From Vampirovibrionales bacterium (GTDB taxonomy: Bacteria > Cyanobacteriota > Vampirovibrionia > Vampirovibrionales > Vampirovibrionaceae), in the NCBI GenBank assembly GCA_029866025.1, contig JARXAD010000001.1:143361-207360 (forward strand): 64,000 bases of DNA, read 5' to 3'. The notes beneath the pieces were generated by a model. The model saw only the letters and a list, made by a program, of their open reading frames with translations, searched no databases and was not told where the DNA came from. Position numbers and translations under genes: made by a program. Shown here one piece after another: positions 1 to 10,821 of the stretch. Numbering within the stretch: the first letter of the stretch is position 1; the number at the start of each line of letters is the position of its first letter.

Positions 1-827
1 AACAAGGTTTCAATGTCTTTGCGGGCTTCCGTGCCAATTTGCTTAATCAACGTTGCCCCTTTGCCAATAATCATGCCTTTTTGCGACGCCTGATTGACGT
101 AGAGTGTGGCGGTAATACGCGTCATGGCGGGGTCGGCCTCGTTGTAATCATCAATCACAATGGCCACACTGTGGGGCAGCTCTTCTTGGGTTAAGCGCAT
201 CACCTTTTCGCGAATAATCTCAGCACTCATTTCTCGCAGGCGTTGGTCCGTCAGGGCGTCTTCATCGTAATACGCAGGCCCCACGGGCAAATGCTTTAGC
301 AGCAACGGCACAATCTCGTGGCATTCCTTCCCGGTGCGGGCAGAAATCAACAGCGTCTTGGATTTTTTGTAACCTTTCAGCAGGGCTTCATACGCTAGGC
401 AGCGGGTGCCAAGCAATCCGGGGTGTTGCTTGAGCTGATCCGCCTTGTTAATGGCCAGCAAAATAAAAGCGTCTTTGTGGGCGGCTTTTTCCAGCACTTG
501 GGTCACCACATACGCGTCGCCTTTGCCCGGAAGCTCGTTGCCGTTTACCACAATCACGTAGGCGTCGGCATCGGCAATGGCGGCTTGGCTTTCGTCTACC
601 AGCAATTCGCCCAAGCTATCCAAGGGTTTAGAAAACCCCGGTGTGTCCATGAGTACCAATTGGCCTTCGTTGGGCAGGGTGATTACCCCCCGAATGCGGT
701 GGCGGGTGGTTTGGGCCACTTGGCTGGTAATGGCAATTTTTTGCCCCACCAGGCGATTGAGCAAGGTGCTTTTGCCCACATTGGGGCGGCCCACCACACT
801 GACAAAACCGGAACGAAACGCCATCAT
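1..827 (-). CDS. era: GTPase Era (3' end runs off the window)
   Basis: Manual translation of the minus strand from ATG 827/824 gives MMAFRSGFVSVVGRPNVGKSTLLNRLVGQKIAITSQVAQTTRHRIRG...DTPG, and a KH-domain GMIIGKG segment near the window start. Not in the ORF track. Confidence 0.95.
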   Translation of the reverse strand, partial: MMAFRSGFVSVVGRPNVGKSTLLNRLVGQKIAITSQVAQTTRHRIRGVITLPNEGQLVLMDTPGFSKPLDSLGELLVDESQAAIADADAYVIVVNGNELPGKGDAYVVTQVLEKAAHKDAFILLAINKADQLKQHPGLLGTRCLAYEALLKGYKKSKTLLISARTGKECHEIVPLLLKHLPVGPAYYDEDALTDQRLREMSAEIIREKVMRLTQEELPHSVAIVIDDYNEADPAMTRITATLYVNQASQKGMIIGKGATLIKQIGTEARKDIETL

Positions 828-859
828 AAAACCTGCTTCTAATTAAGGAAAATCATCTT

Positions 860-897
860 GCCCCTTAGGGTCACGGCCCTATGGTACCCTAAGGGGC
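860..897. promoter_or_regulatory. Perfect 12-bp inverted repeat in the divergent era/GT-C intergenic region
   Basis: GCCCCTTAGGGT (860-871), 14-nt spacer, ACCCTAAGGGGC (886-897). Confidence 0.45.
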
Positions 898-925
898 GTT
901 GTTTCCGTAGAGACTCCCCCCACCC

Positions 926-2407
926 ATGATCCATTCCGATTTTTCTCGTCGCTTAGCATCCTTACCCTTATGGCAAGTTGGGCTAGCACTATTGCTGGTG
1001 TGCGTGGTTACCATGGAATGGTTTTACGCGCCGGGGGGGCATTTTCACAACCGCTTGCAGCGCGAACTGTTTGTGTGGCCTTTGGCACTGCTGTTGATGG
1101 CTGGCTATGTGTTACTACTCAACTATTTCCCAACGGATCGCCCCCTGACTCCTATCGAAAAAGCCGTGGTCGTGGTGGGCGGCATTCTTATCACAACCAT
1201 TGCGGCTGTTACCGTGCCTTTTCATTCCACCGATGTGTACGGCTACATCAATCGAGGCTGGCAGCAAGTGGCTTACGGCACCAACCCCTATGTGACGGTG
1301 ATTAAAGCCTTGCCCGGGTGGAAGCAAGACGCCATGTTGACCAACCACTGGATTAGCAACCCGTGCCCCTATGGGTTTGCCTTTGCCTTGGCCGCCAAGC
1401 AACTGGTGGCGTGGGGTGGGGGAGTGCTTAGTGACACATTGGCGCTGTTTAAACTCACCAATGCCCTCGTTCACATAGGTTTGGGGCTGCTGTTGGCGTG
1501 GGTGGCTTCTAAAACTCAGGTAAACAATCCCACAGCCCCGTGGAAAGCCTTTGCCGAATGGACCTTTCACCCGTTGTTGCTGGTTCATCACTTGGCCAAT
1601 GGCCACAACGATGTGTGGATGGGGGCCTTGTTGGCAGGGGCTGTAGCGTTAAGCTTAAGTGTGCAGAAGCGCGATGTGTGGGCGCTTTTTGCCATTACCT
1701 TAAGCGCACTAATGAAATACGCTACTGTATTGGTATGGCCGTTGTGGGCGGTGTGGCTGGTGGCGCAGCGTCGGTGGATGACGCTGCTGTTTGGGGTGTT
1801 GGGATCGGCAGCGACGGTGTGGTTGTTGGGGCTGCCCTATTGGCACGGAATGTTGACTCAAGCGCCTCTGAACCAAATTGTGGACAATGCCACCCTCACC
1901 CATAGCTCGGTGCATAGCTTGGTGTATTACGCCTTTCGTACCGTTGCCAAGCTTATGGGCCACGAGTGGATTACGCTAGCGCCCTTGGTCTTTAGTTTGG
2001 TTAAGGTGGGGTTGATGGCATTGTTGGGCATGACTGTCCTATGGTCTGCCCAACGTGTGTGGAAACATTACCGCATTACTCAAGAATCCCATCAAGAACC
2101 ACTCTCACCCACGGCATTACTCACCACTGTGTGGGAGCCTATGTTAACGGTGCTGTGTGTGGGGGTAGGAATCGTTAGCTTAAAGTTTTACCCGTGGTAT
2201 GTGGGCATGGTGTTGCCATCGGTGCTCATGTTGGCCCAGCAATCGTTGCTACGGCGGGCGGTAATGGCGGTGGCGGTGGTACAAGTACTGAGCATTACCA
2301 TTTTAGGCCAAGCTCGCATGGCCGATTGTATCGTGCTACTCCTGCTACCACTGCTGTGGGTCCTCTGGAGTCATCGCTGCGCTCAGAATCAAACGGCGAC
2401 TTCTTAA
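926..2407 (+). CDS. Polytopic GT-C fold glycosyltransferase (MptA/MptB-like, polyprenol-phosphate-sugar dependent)
   Basis: Many TM helices; motifs STDVYGY, TNPY, PCPYG, GHNDVWM, LMKY and FYPWY match the MptB/GT87-like pattern. Confidence 0.75.
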   Translation: MIHSDFSRRLASLPLWQVGLALLLVCVVTMEWFYAPGGHFHNRLQRELFVWPLALLLMAGYVLLLNYFPTDRPLTPIEKAVVVVGGILITTIAAVTVPFHSTDVYGYINRGWQQVAYGTNPYVTVIKALPGWKQDAMLTNHWISNPCPYGFAFALAAKQLVAWGGGVLSDTLALFKLTNALVHIGLGLLLAWVASKTQVNNPTAPWKAFAEWTFHPLLLVHHLANGHNDVWMGALLAGAVALSLSVQKRDVWALFAITLSALMKYATVLVWPLWAVWLVAQRRWMTLLFGVLGSAATVWLLGLPYWHGMLTQAPLNQIVDNATLTHSSVHSLVYYAFRTVAKLMGHEWITLAPLVFSLVKVGLMALLGMTVLWSAQRVWKHYRITQESHQEPLSPTALLTTVWEPMLTVLCVGVGIVSLKFYPWYVGMVLPSVLMLAQQSLLRRAVMAVAVVQVLSITILGQARMADCIVLLLLPLLWVLWSHRCAQNQTATS

Positions 2408-2539
2408 ACATAACGTTTTGTTACAAAAACAAGCGTTTGGGCAATTCGCCATTAACCTATCTCTCGGGCCCTCCGATACCTTAACGGTGTGCGCCATCCA
2501 TGAATTGATCGGCTTCATTTATTCAGAGAGACGTGATTT

Positions 2540-4492
2540 ATGAGTCAAAAAGCCAATACTTCCCTTGCTAGCAACCCAAAACACAGGGCACTGTGGGCCA
2601 TTGTATTAACAGCCCTGGTTGGCTTATTGCCTTTTGCGGCGGTAGCGGCCCCCAATTTAGCTAATCCTATGCAGGGCAGTACCTTTAGCGGTAAAAAATT
2701 ACCGTCTCCAGCAGTACTCTCCAATGGCACGCTTAAAGTTCGTTTGCAAAACGATCGTTGGTTTTTAGAAGGACGCTTAACAGGCAACTCATGGTATCCA
2801 AGTAATCCGCGTATTCGTCAAGCCGATGCCTTGACCCAGCAAATGAAACTAGGCGTCGCCGAACAACAGTATCAGACCGCCCTAAAAGCCAATCCAAACG
2901 ACGCTGGAGCCCACCATGGGTTAGGCCAAACCACGTTTTTGCGAACCACTAGCTCCAATGGGGCCATTCGCCAAGCGGTAGATAACTACCATGAAGAGGC
3001 GGTGCAACACCTGCTGACGGCCTTGCGCTTACAGCCCAACTATGTGGATGCCAACGTGACGCTGGCCAAGGTATACCTAGATGAACTAAATCGCAAAGAA
3101 GATGCTCGCGAATACGCCGCCAATGCCTATCAATTGGCCCCTAACCGTAGTGATGTGCTGACGCTGGTGGGACGCATGCTATTGGAAGACGGTCAGGCCG
3201 AAGAAGCCTTGCCTCTATTAAGCAAAGCCACACGCGTGGATGCTCGTAATGCCAGTGCGCATACCTATTTGGGTAAAGCCCATCATGCCTTGGGCAACAC
3301 CCAAAAAGCTTTAGACGCTTTAAACACGGCCCTGTGGCTTCAGCCACATCAAGCCCCTGTTCATGACGTTTTAGCCAACATTTACAAACAGCAAGGTAAT
3401 CAAGCCGCCGCCGTCAGCCATTGGCAACAGGCTTTGGAAATTAAACCAGAGTATACAGAAGCCAGCGTAGGCTTGGCTGAATTGTATGCCCAGCGCCAAG
3501 ATTGGCCCTTAGCCTTGGGCGTTCTCAAAAACGGCTACCACAGCGTGCTGCCCAGTTGGTATACCCAAAAAACAGACATGGCCATGACTATTGGCCGTAT
3601 GGCTTTAGAAAACCGCCAACCCCAGGTGGCCCAAACCTATTTTCAAGAGGTATTGAACAGCAACCCCAACCATTGGGAGGCTCGCCAGGGCTTATCTCAA
3701 GCCCAGTTACAGCAAGCCCAATTGGCCTTGGTGGATGCCCAAGCCTATGGCGGCGATATTCTCACCCGTGAACAAAGCCTGGCCACCTTGCAACAGGCAC
3801 TCAAAACCGATCGTACCAATGTGCAAGCCAAACTGGTGCAAACCAAAGTGCGTGGATCGGCGCGTCACTTGGATGACATTTCTGCCGAAGAAAGCCAGCT
3901 GGTGATGGATGATTTGTCCTACAGCGTGACGGACAGCCTCGCCCAAGGAGAGTTATGGACGGCTCGTTTTGACCCCATGCGTGCTGAGCGGTCCTTTGCT
4001 GCGGCTGTGCAAAGCCCTATCAAGCCCGAGGACCAAATTAAAGTAGGCGATATGTTGTTGACTCTGGGTCAACCGGAGTTTGCCAAACAAGCCTTTCAGC
4101 GGGCGGCCAAAAGCCCTGATCCAATGATTCAGAGTGGCGCCAAACAAGGATTAAAATTGGCCGCACAACAAGAACAACGGGCATTGCAAGCGTTACGCTA
4201 TGCGCAGCAAGACCAATCCAACGATGTAAAACCGCCAGAACAATGGTTGGAAGAAGCCCTGCAAGCCAACCAACGCTTGCCTGAGGCCCATTATTTATTG
4301 GCCCAGTTGTGCGAACACCAACAAGAAGCAGCTCCCGAAAAAGTGTCGAAGGCGATTCGTCATTACCATGCCTTTATGGCCTTAGCGCCCACCAGCCCTC
4401 AGGCGTCTCAGGCCGAGCAGCGCATTGCTCGCTTGGTGTCCCAGGTACTCAAAGCCGAAGCCAAGGTGTCGACGAATCAGTCGCGTAGTTAA
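2540..4492 (+). CDS. Exported tetratricopeptide-repeat protein
   Basis: N-terminal hydrophobic signal (…LLPFAAVAA) followed by many TPR units, e.g. ALRLQPNYVDANVTLAKVY and ALEIKPEYTEASVGLAELY. Confidence 0.85.
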   Translation: MSQKANTSLASNPKHRALWAIVLTALVGLLPFAAVAAPNLANPMQGSTFSGKKLPSPAVLSNGTLKVRLQNDRWFLEGRLTGNSWYPSNPRIRQADALTQQMKLGVAEQQYQTALKANPNDAGAHHGLGQTTFLRTTSSNGAIRQAVDNYHEEAVQHLLTALRLQPNYVDANVTLAKVYLDELNRKEDAREYAANAYQLAPNRSDVLTLVGRMLLEDGQAEEALPLLSKATRVDARNASAHTYLGKAHHALGNTQKALDALNTALWLQPHQAPVHDVLANIYKQQGNQAAAVSHWQQALEIKPEYTEASVGLAELYAQRQDWPLALGVLKNGYHSVLPSWYTQKTDMAMTIGRMALENRQPQVAQTYFQEVLNSNPNHWEARQGLSQAQLQQAQLALVDAQAYGGDILTREQSLATLQQALKTDRTNVQAKLVQTKVRGSARHLDDISAEESQLVMDDLSYSVTDSLAQGELWTARFDPMRAERSFAAAVQSPIKPEDQIKVGDMLLTLGQPEFAKQAFQRAAKSPDPMIQSGAKQGLKLAAQQEQRALQALRYAQQDQSNDVKPPEQWLEEALQANQRLPEAHYLLAQLCEHQQEAAPEKVSKAIRHYHAFMALAPTSPQASQAEQRIARLVSQVLKAEAKVSTNQSRS

Positions 4493-4545
4493 TTTATTTA
4501 AATCCGTTACAAATAGCTGATAAATAGCAATTAATACAACTCTAT

Positions 4546-4564
4546 TGTTTTTATTTATTATAGA
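4546..4564 (+). promoter_or_regulatory. Candidate promoter motif TGTTTTTAT-N4-TATAGA
   Basis: Related motifs recur at 25579-25598 (minus strand) and 50235-50253. Confidence 0.4.
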
Positions 4565-4591
4565 TATTTATTTTGAGAGAGGTTGCGTTTC

Positions 4592-5029
4592 ATGGGTTCT
4601 ATACCATATTCTAACAATATTTATTACCAGGTGCCAAAACCCAAACAACCGTATTCATATTCTCCACAGGCCATTATTAAAAGCGTGGATAAAAATAAAG
4701 ATGGCGTGATGACTCAACAAGAAACCTGGGCTTATTTACGAGCGGTGTATGCAAAAAATAATATCAAGAATATCAACGACCCTGCCAATAATATCAGCCC
4801 CAAGATTAGGAATGTTATTGATTTTTTACAGACGCTCATGTCCGATGTATTTGGTGGTGCTGTCTCTAAACTGAACAAAAATGATTCACCTGAAGGTGTA
4901 TCTTTGGACGATCTATCGGCTTTAGCCTTGCGTTCGGGTAACGCCAATAAAATTGAATACGGCGATCTTAACTCAATAAAAGTAAAGCAGCCGCCTATCC
5001 CTGATATGCGTGACATCCCTTACCCATAA
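4592..5029 (+). CDS. Small EF-hand-like hypothetical protein
   Basis: DKNKDGVMTQQE is an EF-hand loop; GAGAGG RBS precedes ATG 4592 (the ORF track starts at TTG 4583); AT-rich. Confidence 0.7.
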   Translation: MGSIPYSNNIYYQVPKPKQPYSYSPQAIIKSVDKNKDGVMTQQETWAYLRAVYAKNNIKNINDPANNISPKIRNVIDFLQTLMSDVFGGAVSKLNKNDSPEGVSLDDLSALALRSGNANKIEYGDLNSIKVKQPPIPDMRDIPYP

Positions 5030-5054
5030 GGGAATCAAGTCCACATGAAGTCTA

Positions 5055-6185
5055 CTACACTACCGATAACCGATTGCGCCCATCTTCTTTAGAGGCATAC
5101 AACGCTTTGTCAGCGGCTTCAACCCATTGAGTAGGCTGTGTGTAAGGGACAGGCTCGCCCTCACCCAAATTAAACCAAGCCAAGCCTTGGCTAATGGTAA
5201 CGCTTAAATCAGGATGCCCTTCAAAATTTTTTGCCGCAATGGCTTCTCGTATGGCAGTGGCTGTTTCAATGGCTTTGTTTTTGGCAATGGCAGGAAAAAT
5301 AATACCAAACTCTTCCCCCCCATAACGGCAGGCAAAGCACCCGCGGGGCACTTCTTGCTGAATAATTTTGGCCACGGCTTTGAGTACGTCATCACCGGTT
5401 TGGTGTCCGTAGGTATCGTTCAGTTTTTTAAAATGATCAATATCCAGCATCATCAGGCCCAAAGGGCGCTGATACGTAAGGGCATCGGTAAACAATTCCG
5501 TGGTTTTTTGTTGAAAAAAGCGTTTGTTGTACAAACCCGTCATGGCATCGGTAACGGTTTGAGCCCGCAATAAGGTTGCAGTTTGCGATAAGGTGGCGAC
5601 GTCTTGGCTGAGTGTCAATTTATCTTTGGTTTGCTCCGCTAAAGTGGTTTGTAAAATCTCTGCCTGCTGAGAGGCATAGGTTTTTTCTGTGAGCCACACC
5701 CAGCCCCATTGAACAAAGGTTGTTTTAACCAATTGGGTAAGCCAAAACAGCCCGTGCAAAAAGGCTTGCCAGCCCACGAGGCTTAAAGGCGCTGCCCAGT
5801 CCATTACCCCCGGTAAAACGGTTGCCGGTTGCACATTGGGGAAAATTTTACCCAAGGCTAGGATATGGAGGAGTTGTGGCCCTGGAAGGGCAGGAAACCA
5901 GGCGGTTTCATACGCGGGGTTTAGCAAAAACAGCTGATTGAGCAAGGCGTTGATGGGCCATACCAAGGGGTTGGTGAGACCATAAAATCCATCGGCAACA
6001 TTGCCCCCTACCCCTAAAAACCAGCCGGCTGTCCAGGCCTGAGTTGTTTCAAGCACACTCTCTGCATAGATGCGAGAATCGAGCATGAGCAGTACAAAAC
6101 GAGCCCATAATAGGGTTGAAAGAACCGACAGTATTAGGTCGATCCAAACAGCATGGTCACGTTGTTTGCCATCCATGGGGTGCAC
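5055..6185 (-). CDS. Membrane-anchored diguanylate cyclase (GGDEF)
   Basis: TDAMTGLYNKR, DIDHFKKLNDTYGHQTGD, RYGGEEF and ADKALYASKEDGRNR; N-terminal TM segments plus a coiled coil. Confidence 0.93.
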   Translation of the reverse strand: MHPMDGKQRDHAVWIDLILSVLSTLLWARFVLLMLDSRIYAESVLETTQAWTAGWFLGVGGNVADGFYGLTNPLVWPINALLNQLFLLNPAYETAWFPALPGPQLLHILALGKIFPNVQPATVLPGVMDWAAPLSLVGWQAFLHGLFWLTQLVKTTFVQWGWVWLTEKTYASQQAEILQTTLAEQTKDKLTLSQDVATLSQTATLLRAQTVTDAMTGLYNKRFFQQKTTELFTDALTYQRPLGLMMLDIDHFKKLNDTYGHQTGDDVLKAVAKIIQQEVPRGCFACRYGGEEFGIIFPAIAKNKAIETATAIREAIAAKNFEGHPDLSVTISQGLAWFNLGEGEPVPYTQPTQWVEAADKALYASKEDGRNRLSVV

Positions 6186-6189
6186 TGCC

Positions 6190-7176
6190 TTACTGACGGT
6201 TTAACCAGCGGGCTGCCTCTTTGGCGGCGTAAGTAATAATGGCATCGGCTCCGGCACGGCGCAAACTAAACAGGTATTCCATCAATACGGCTTCTTCATC
6301 CAGCCAGCCTTTTTCGGCAGCAGCTTTTAGCATGCTGTATTCGCCCGACACACTGTAAGCCACTAGTGGTAAGTCTGTTAAATTTCGCGCTTCTCGCAGG
6401 ACATCCATGTAAAACAAGGCGGGTTTTACCATGACCATGTCAGCACACTCGCCCACATCTAAAACAAGTTCTCGTAAGGCTTCGCGGCGATTGCGGTAAT
6501 CCATTTGATAGCTGCTTCGGTTGCCATGCGACGGTGCCGATTCTGCTGCATCTCGAAAGGGAGCATACAGACTGCTAGCATACTTGGCAGAATACGCCAT
6601 GATGGGCACATGATCATACCCGCCTTCGTCCAGTACTTCGCGAATGTAGGCCACTTGCCCATCCATCATGGCGGAAGGGGCTACCATATCAGCCCCTGCA
6701 GCCGCTTGGCTTAAAGCCACACGTCCTAATAATTCTACGGAAGGGTCATTAAGAACAGACCCCCCAATAGCAATGCCGCAATGGCCGTGGGTCATGTACT
6801 CGCACAGGCAGGTATCGGTAATAACCGTCACCTCATCCCCAAAGCGGTCCTTCAGGCGTTTGGTGGCTTGTTGAATCACGCCACTTTCATCCCAGGCGCT
6901 GCTGGCTTCCGTGTCTTTTTCATCGGGTACGCCAAACAAGAGCACGGTGGCAATGCCTAAGGCCAAGGCGTCTTCTACGTCCGATTCAATGGTTTCTAAG
7001 GGTTGCTGAAACACCCCTGGCATGGAGGCCACGGGGGATGGTTGTGGGCTGCCATTACTGACAAAAATAGGATGAATGAGCTGGGAAGGCCGTAACATGG
7101 TTTCGGCCACCAGTTCGCGTAATGCAGGGGTACGGCGCAACCGGCGCATGCGGGTAAAAGGAAAGGTCATCACCAC
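6190..7176 (-). CDS. hemB: Porphobilinogen synthase (delta-aminolevulinic acid dehydratase)
   Basis: RMRRLR start, Zn site DTCLCEYMTHGHCG, YSAKY and MVMVKP. Confidence 0.98.
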   Translation of the reverse strand: MVMTFPFTRMRRLRRTPALRELVAETMLRPSQLIHPIFVSNGSPQPSPVASMPGVFQQPLETIESDVEDALALGIATVLLFGVPDEKDTEASSAWDESGVIQQATKRLKDRFGDEVTVITDTCLCEYMTHGHCGIAIGGSVLNDPSVELLGRVALSQAAAGADMVAPSAMMDGQVAYIREVLDEGGYDHVPIMAYSAKYASSLYAPFRDAAESAPSHGNRSSYQMDYRNRREALRELVLDVGECADMVMVKPALFYMDVLREARNLTDLPLVAYSVSGEYSMLKAAAEKGWLDEEAVLMEYLFSLRRAGADAIITYAAKEAARWLNRQ

Positions 7177-7229
7177 TCATCCGTTAGACAATGCGTTCTA
7201 TCGTATCACGCTGTTCTGGCAAGGGGGCG

Positions 7230-9746
7230 TTACCCCACCCCTTCCGTCGAGTGAGGGGATTCTTGGGCAGGCCCTTGGTTTAGCTGGCGATTTAACCAAT
7301 AGCTTACTTTTTCTTGCAAAATAACCAGTTGAACAGGCTTGGTAATCACGTCATTCATGCCCGATTCGAGGCACTGAGTCATCTCTTCGGGAATAACATT
7401 GCCGGTGAGGGCAATAATGGGGGTGTTGGGCAGGGTTTCGGTTTCTCCCACGGTTAGTGCGCGTATTTTTTGGGTGGTTTCGTAGCCGTCCATCACGGGC
7501 ATTTGGCAATCCATTAAAATTAAATCCATTCGTTCTTGCGATAACAGCATGAGGGCCTCAGAGCCATCGGAAGCAACGGTTATACGCGCCCCCAGTTTTT
7601 CTAAAAGCCGAGAAGCCACACGCTGATTGACGATATTGTCTTCTACCACCAAAATATGGGGAAAATTGCTTAGCTGAGAGGCAAAAGCGGAAGCAGCCTT
7701 TGTTGCTCCCAAGGGTTCTGTAGGGGAAACAAAGGAAGACTTGGGGACGTAAGATGTTGGCCCCCCTTCGGGTGCCAGTAAATTTGGGGTAAGAGAAACA
7801 AACGCATAGGGATCTTTAGAGGGATCCAGCGGTAGCGGTACCATCAACCAAAATTTTGAGCCTTGGCCGGGTTCACTGAGAACGCCTAAATCGCCTCCCA
7901 TCAAGACGGCTAAGGATTTGGAAATAGAAAGCCCTAAGCCTGAGCCGCCGTATTTGCGAGTGGTAGAGGTATCTGCCTGTTCAAATTGCTGAAAAATTTT
8001 ATCTTGTTGTTTAAACGTGAGTCCAATACCGGTGTCTTCCACCACAAAAGAAAACACGCCTTCACCGTCCGAGGTCCCTACGTCAAAGGTGGGTATGTAA
8101 TCTACATGCAGTGTAATGCTGCCGTGGGGTGTAAATTTAATGGCATTGGATAGTAAGTTGAGTAACACTTGTTTCAGGCGTAAGGCATCGCCAACACCAT
8201 AACGGGGCACTTGGGTGTGAATGTTAAAAGAAAAACGCAACCCTTTTTCTCGCAGGCTGGGTGCTATTAACTGTTGCATGGTGGTTAGTAGTAATTGCAA
8301 ATCCACTGGTGCTTTGTCTAATACCAACTTGCCTTCTTCAATTTTAGAAAAATCAAGAATGTCGTTTACCAGTTCTAATAGAGTGGTAGCCGAAATATGA
8401 ATGGTACTGACATAATCTTCTTGTTCGGCGTCCAGCTGGGTATCGCATAGCAAGGTGGTCATGCCAATCACGCCGTTTAAGGGCGTGCGCAATTCGTGGC
8501 TCATGTTGGCTAAAAATTCTCGCTTAGCTTGGTTGGCTTTTAGGGTGCGTTTTGTTTCTTCTTGTAGTTTTAGGCCCTTGACCCGTAATAAGGTAAAGGT
8601 GTTTTTAATGTATTTGGCCAGTAAATCAATTTCATCGGTTTTACCCGTTAGCTCGCCCACAATGGCATCTTCGGGGCGAGGCTTGCCTGCTGCAAACACA
8701 ACCCCCTGAGACAACACCTTAAGCCGCTTTAACACCAGCTGATTGAGCAAATAATAGTTAAAGCCTACGGTAAAACAAGCCAATAAAGCCATAAGCACCA
8801 TAAACCAAAGCAGGCTTTGCTTGGCTTGTAAATATACGGTTCGTTCTTGCGCTACTTGAATTGCAAAACGAGGCAGTCCCCAATAATCTCTAATCAGGGT
8901 TAGGCCTGCCACATGAGGCACCGCATGGCGCACTGGGTACTGGTATAGCACGGGGTATTCATCGTTATAATTTTCCTGAGCGACATCCAGCGGCTTGGGC
9001 TGTTGGTTGTAATGCCGGTGCGCCTGCCAGTAAGTGGCAATGGGCAGTAGCTGCAAATCATTTGGCGTAATAGCGGTGAGTATTCGTAACCGTTCCAGCT
9101 CTGGTTTAGACAACACTTTGCCTACCAATAGCAAGCCGGGTTTTTCACCCGTCGCTAGTTTTCCGTTGCTAGGCACGATTCGCTGGGTGGTTAAATTAAT
9201 CCAAATAGGCGCCGTTGGGGTGGCAATATTAACAAAGCCGGAACGAGCCGATTTTTCTGTCAGCGGGGCTAAAACCGTCCATTTTTTTTTAAAAAATGCC
9301 TGTAAATTTTTAGGAAGAGGCTTTGGTTTTTCATATTTTTTGCTGAGAGAATGGTACTGACCATAAATTAACTGCCCATTGGGGCTGTAAAAGGCCATAA
9401 AGTTTACTTTGGCATTGGCAAGGGTATCTCCTGCAAAGTTAGACCCTATAAACCGAGGGTTTTTGTTGTGCACAAACACATACGCATCATCCCACTGAGA
9501 CCAATCTAAAAAGCTGGACTCCAAATCATCCACACTCTGTAAAAAGGCATCCCTAACGCGATGCACGCTGGTGTGGGTAATGTTGGTTTCAATGGCTTTA
9601 AATTGGCGCATTAATACCAGCTGGCCCACCCCCCACATAAAGGCAAGCAGCAACAAAACGCTAATAGCTTTTAGCACCAGTACCTTGCGGGCAATGGGCC
9701 AATGGCCAAATCGTTTACCAAGCCATGTATTTATAGAAGCCAGCAT
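7230..9746 (-). CDS. Hybrid sensor histidine kinase (CHASE4-like sensor, HisKA, HATPase, REC)
   Basis: DWSQWDDAY (CHASE4-like), H-box [17 protein letters not shown] boxes NAIKFT, DTGIG and GGSGLGL, and receiver [13 protein letters not shown]. Confidence 0.93.
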   Translation of the reverse strand: MLASINTWLGKRFGHWPIARKVLVLKAISVLLLLAFMWGVGQLVLMRQFKAIETNITHTSVHRVRDAFLQSVDDLESSFLDWSQWDDAYVFVHNKNPRFIGSNFAGDTLANAKVNFMAFYSPNGQLIYGQYHSLSKKYEKPKPLPKNLQAFFKKKWTVLAPLTEKSARSGFVNIATPTAPIWINLTTQRIVPSNGKLATGEKPGLLLVGKVLSKPELERLRILTAITPNDLQLLPIATYWQAHRHYNQQPKPLDVAQENYNDEYPVLYQYPVRHAVPHVAGLTLIRDYWGLPRFAIQVAQERTVYLQAKQSLLWFMVLMALLACFTVGFNYYLLNQLVLKRLKVLSQGVVFAAGKPRPEDAIVGELTGKTDEIDLLAKYIKNTFTLLRVKGLKLQEETKRTLKANQAKREFLANMSHELRTPLNGVIGMTTLLCDTQLDAEQEDYVSTIHISATTLLELVNDILDFSKIEEGKLVLDKAPVDLQLLLTTMQQLIAPSLREKGLRFSFNIHTQVPRYGVGDALRLKQVLLNLLSNAIKFTPHGSITLHVDYIPTFDVGTSDGEGVFSFVVEDTGIGLTFKQQDKIFQQFEQADTSTTRKYGGSGLGLSISKSLAVLMGGDLGVLSEPGQGSKFWLMVPLPLDPSKDPYAFVSLTPNLLAPEGGPTSYVPKSSFVSPTEPLGATKAASAFASQLSNFPHILVVEDNIVNQRVASRLLEKLGARITVASDGSEALMLLSQERMDLILMDCQMPVMDGYETTQKIRALTVGETETLPNTPIIALTGNVIPEEMTQCLESGMNDVITKPVQLVILQEKVSYWLNRQLNQGPAQESPHSTEGVG

Positions 9747-9880
9747 AAAGTCCTTTAGCTTAGGGCTGCTTTAACGCAAGGAAAGTTGCTTAGTAGTGTA
9801 AGGCGTTTCCCACTCCCACAGAGCTTTTTCGCCGTTAATTCCATTAAACAAGGGAGAGGCGTTTTTAAGACAGTAGATGG

Positions 9881-10789
9881 CTATTCTTTCAATCCGCCCG
9901 CCATTAAGCCCGCCACCCAATGACGTTGGCCCACCGCCATGAGCACCAATAACGGGGCCACACTAGTTGTGGCGGCGGCCATTAGTACCGGCCAATCAGT
10001 AACGTCTCGGTAGGTGCTTTTTAAGGCGGCAATGCCTACGGGTAAGGTTCGCCACTGCTCGCTTTGGGTCACCATGAGGGGCCACAAAAAGCTATTCCAG
10101 CAGCCTACGGCCACAAACAGGCCCAAGGCCAGCACCACGGGTCGAGCTAAAGGAAGGGCAATGTGCCAAAAGGTTTGCCAGCCATTACAACCATCCAACC
10201 GCGCCGCTAATTCCAGCTCGGGGGGTATGCTTTCAAACCATTGGCGGAACAAATACACCCCATAACCGCCAAACAACCCAGGCACCACCAAGGCCCACGG
10301 GGTATCTACCCAATGGAGTCGGGCCATTATCCAAAACAGGGGCACTACATTGACTGCAGGGGGCACCATCAGCGTCCCCAGCATGAGGGCAAACACCCAC
10401 GGCTTTAAGTTGAATCCACGATAGGATAAGGGGAAGCGAGATAAGGCGTACCCCCCTAGGGCGCATAAAAACACGTGAATAATCGTTGTAACCACCGCTA
10501 CCCATACGCTGTTAAACACGTACAAACCAATGGGGGCCTGCTGCCACAAGCGCTCATAGGCAGAGAATACCGGGGTTGCCACCCACAGTAAGCCTAAAGG
10601 CGACTGTCCTGCCGCCGTTAAGGTAGGGTCATCTCCCCGTAACGATAATACGGCCATGACCCACAAGGGCAGGCCAAACAGCACCGTCAGTATGGCTGCC
10701 AGCAACCAGCGCCGTGTTGTTAGTAACACCAAGGTCCACCATGGTTGAGAGAAGATTAAAGATCGCATGCTTGGTATTATGACAGCCAT
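9881..10789 (-). CDS. Carbohydrate ABC transporter permease (MalG/UgpE-like)
   Basis: EAA loop PPELELAARLDGCNGWQTFWHIALPLARP, WNSFLWPL and RTLPVGI. Confidence 0.92.
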   Translation of the reverse strand: MAVIIPSMRSLIFSQPWWTLVLLTTRRWLLAAILTVLFGLPLWVMAVLSLRGDDPTLTAAGQSPLGLLWVATPVFSAYERLWQQAPIGLYVFNSVWVAVVTTIIHVFLCALGGYALSRFPLSYRGFNLKPWVFALMLGTLMVPPAVNVVPLFWIMARLHWVDTPWALVVPGLFGGYGVYLFRQWFESIPPELELAARLDGCNGWQTFWHIALPLARPVVLALGLFVAVGCWNSFLWPLMVTQSEQWRTLPVGIAALKSTYRDVTDWPVLMAAATTSVAPLLVLMAVGQRHWVAGLMAGGLKE

Positions 10790-10821
10790 TGCCCCCTTGT
10801 TACCATACTGGCCAGCTCTCC

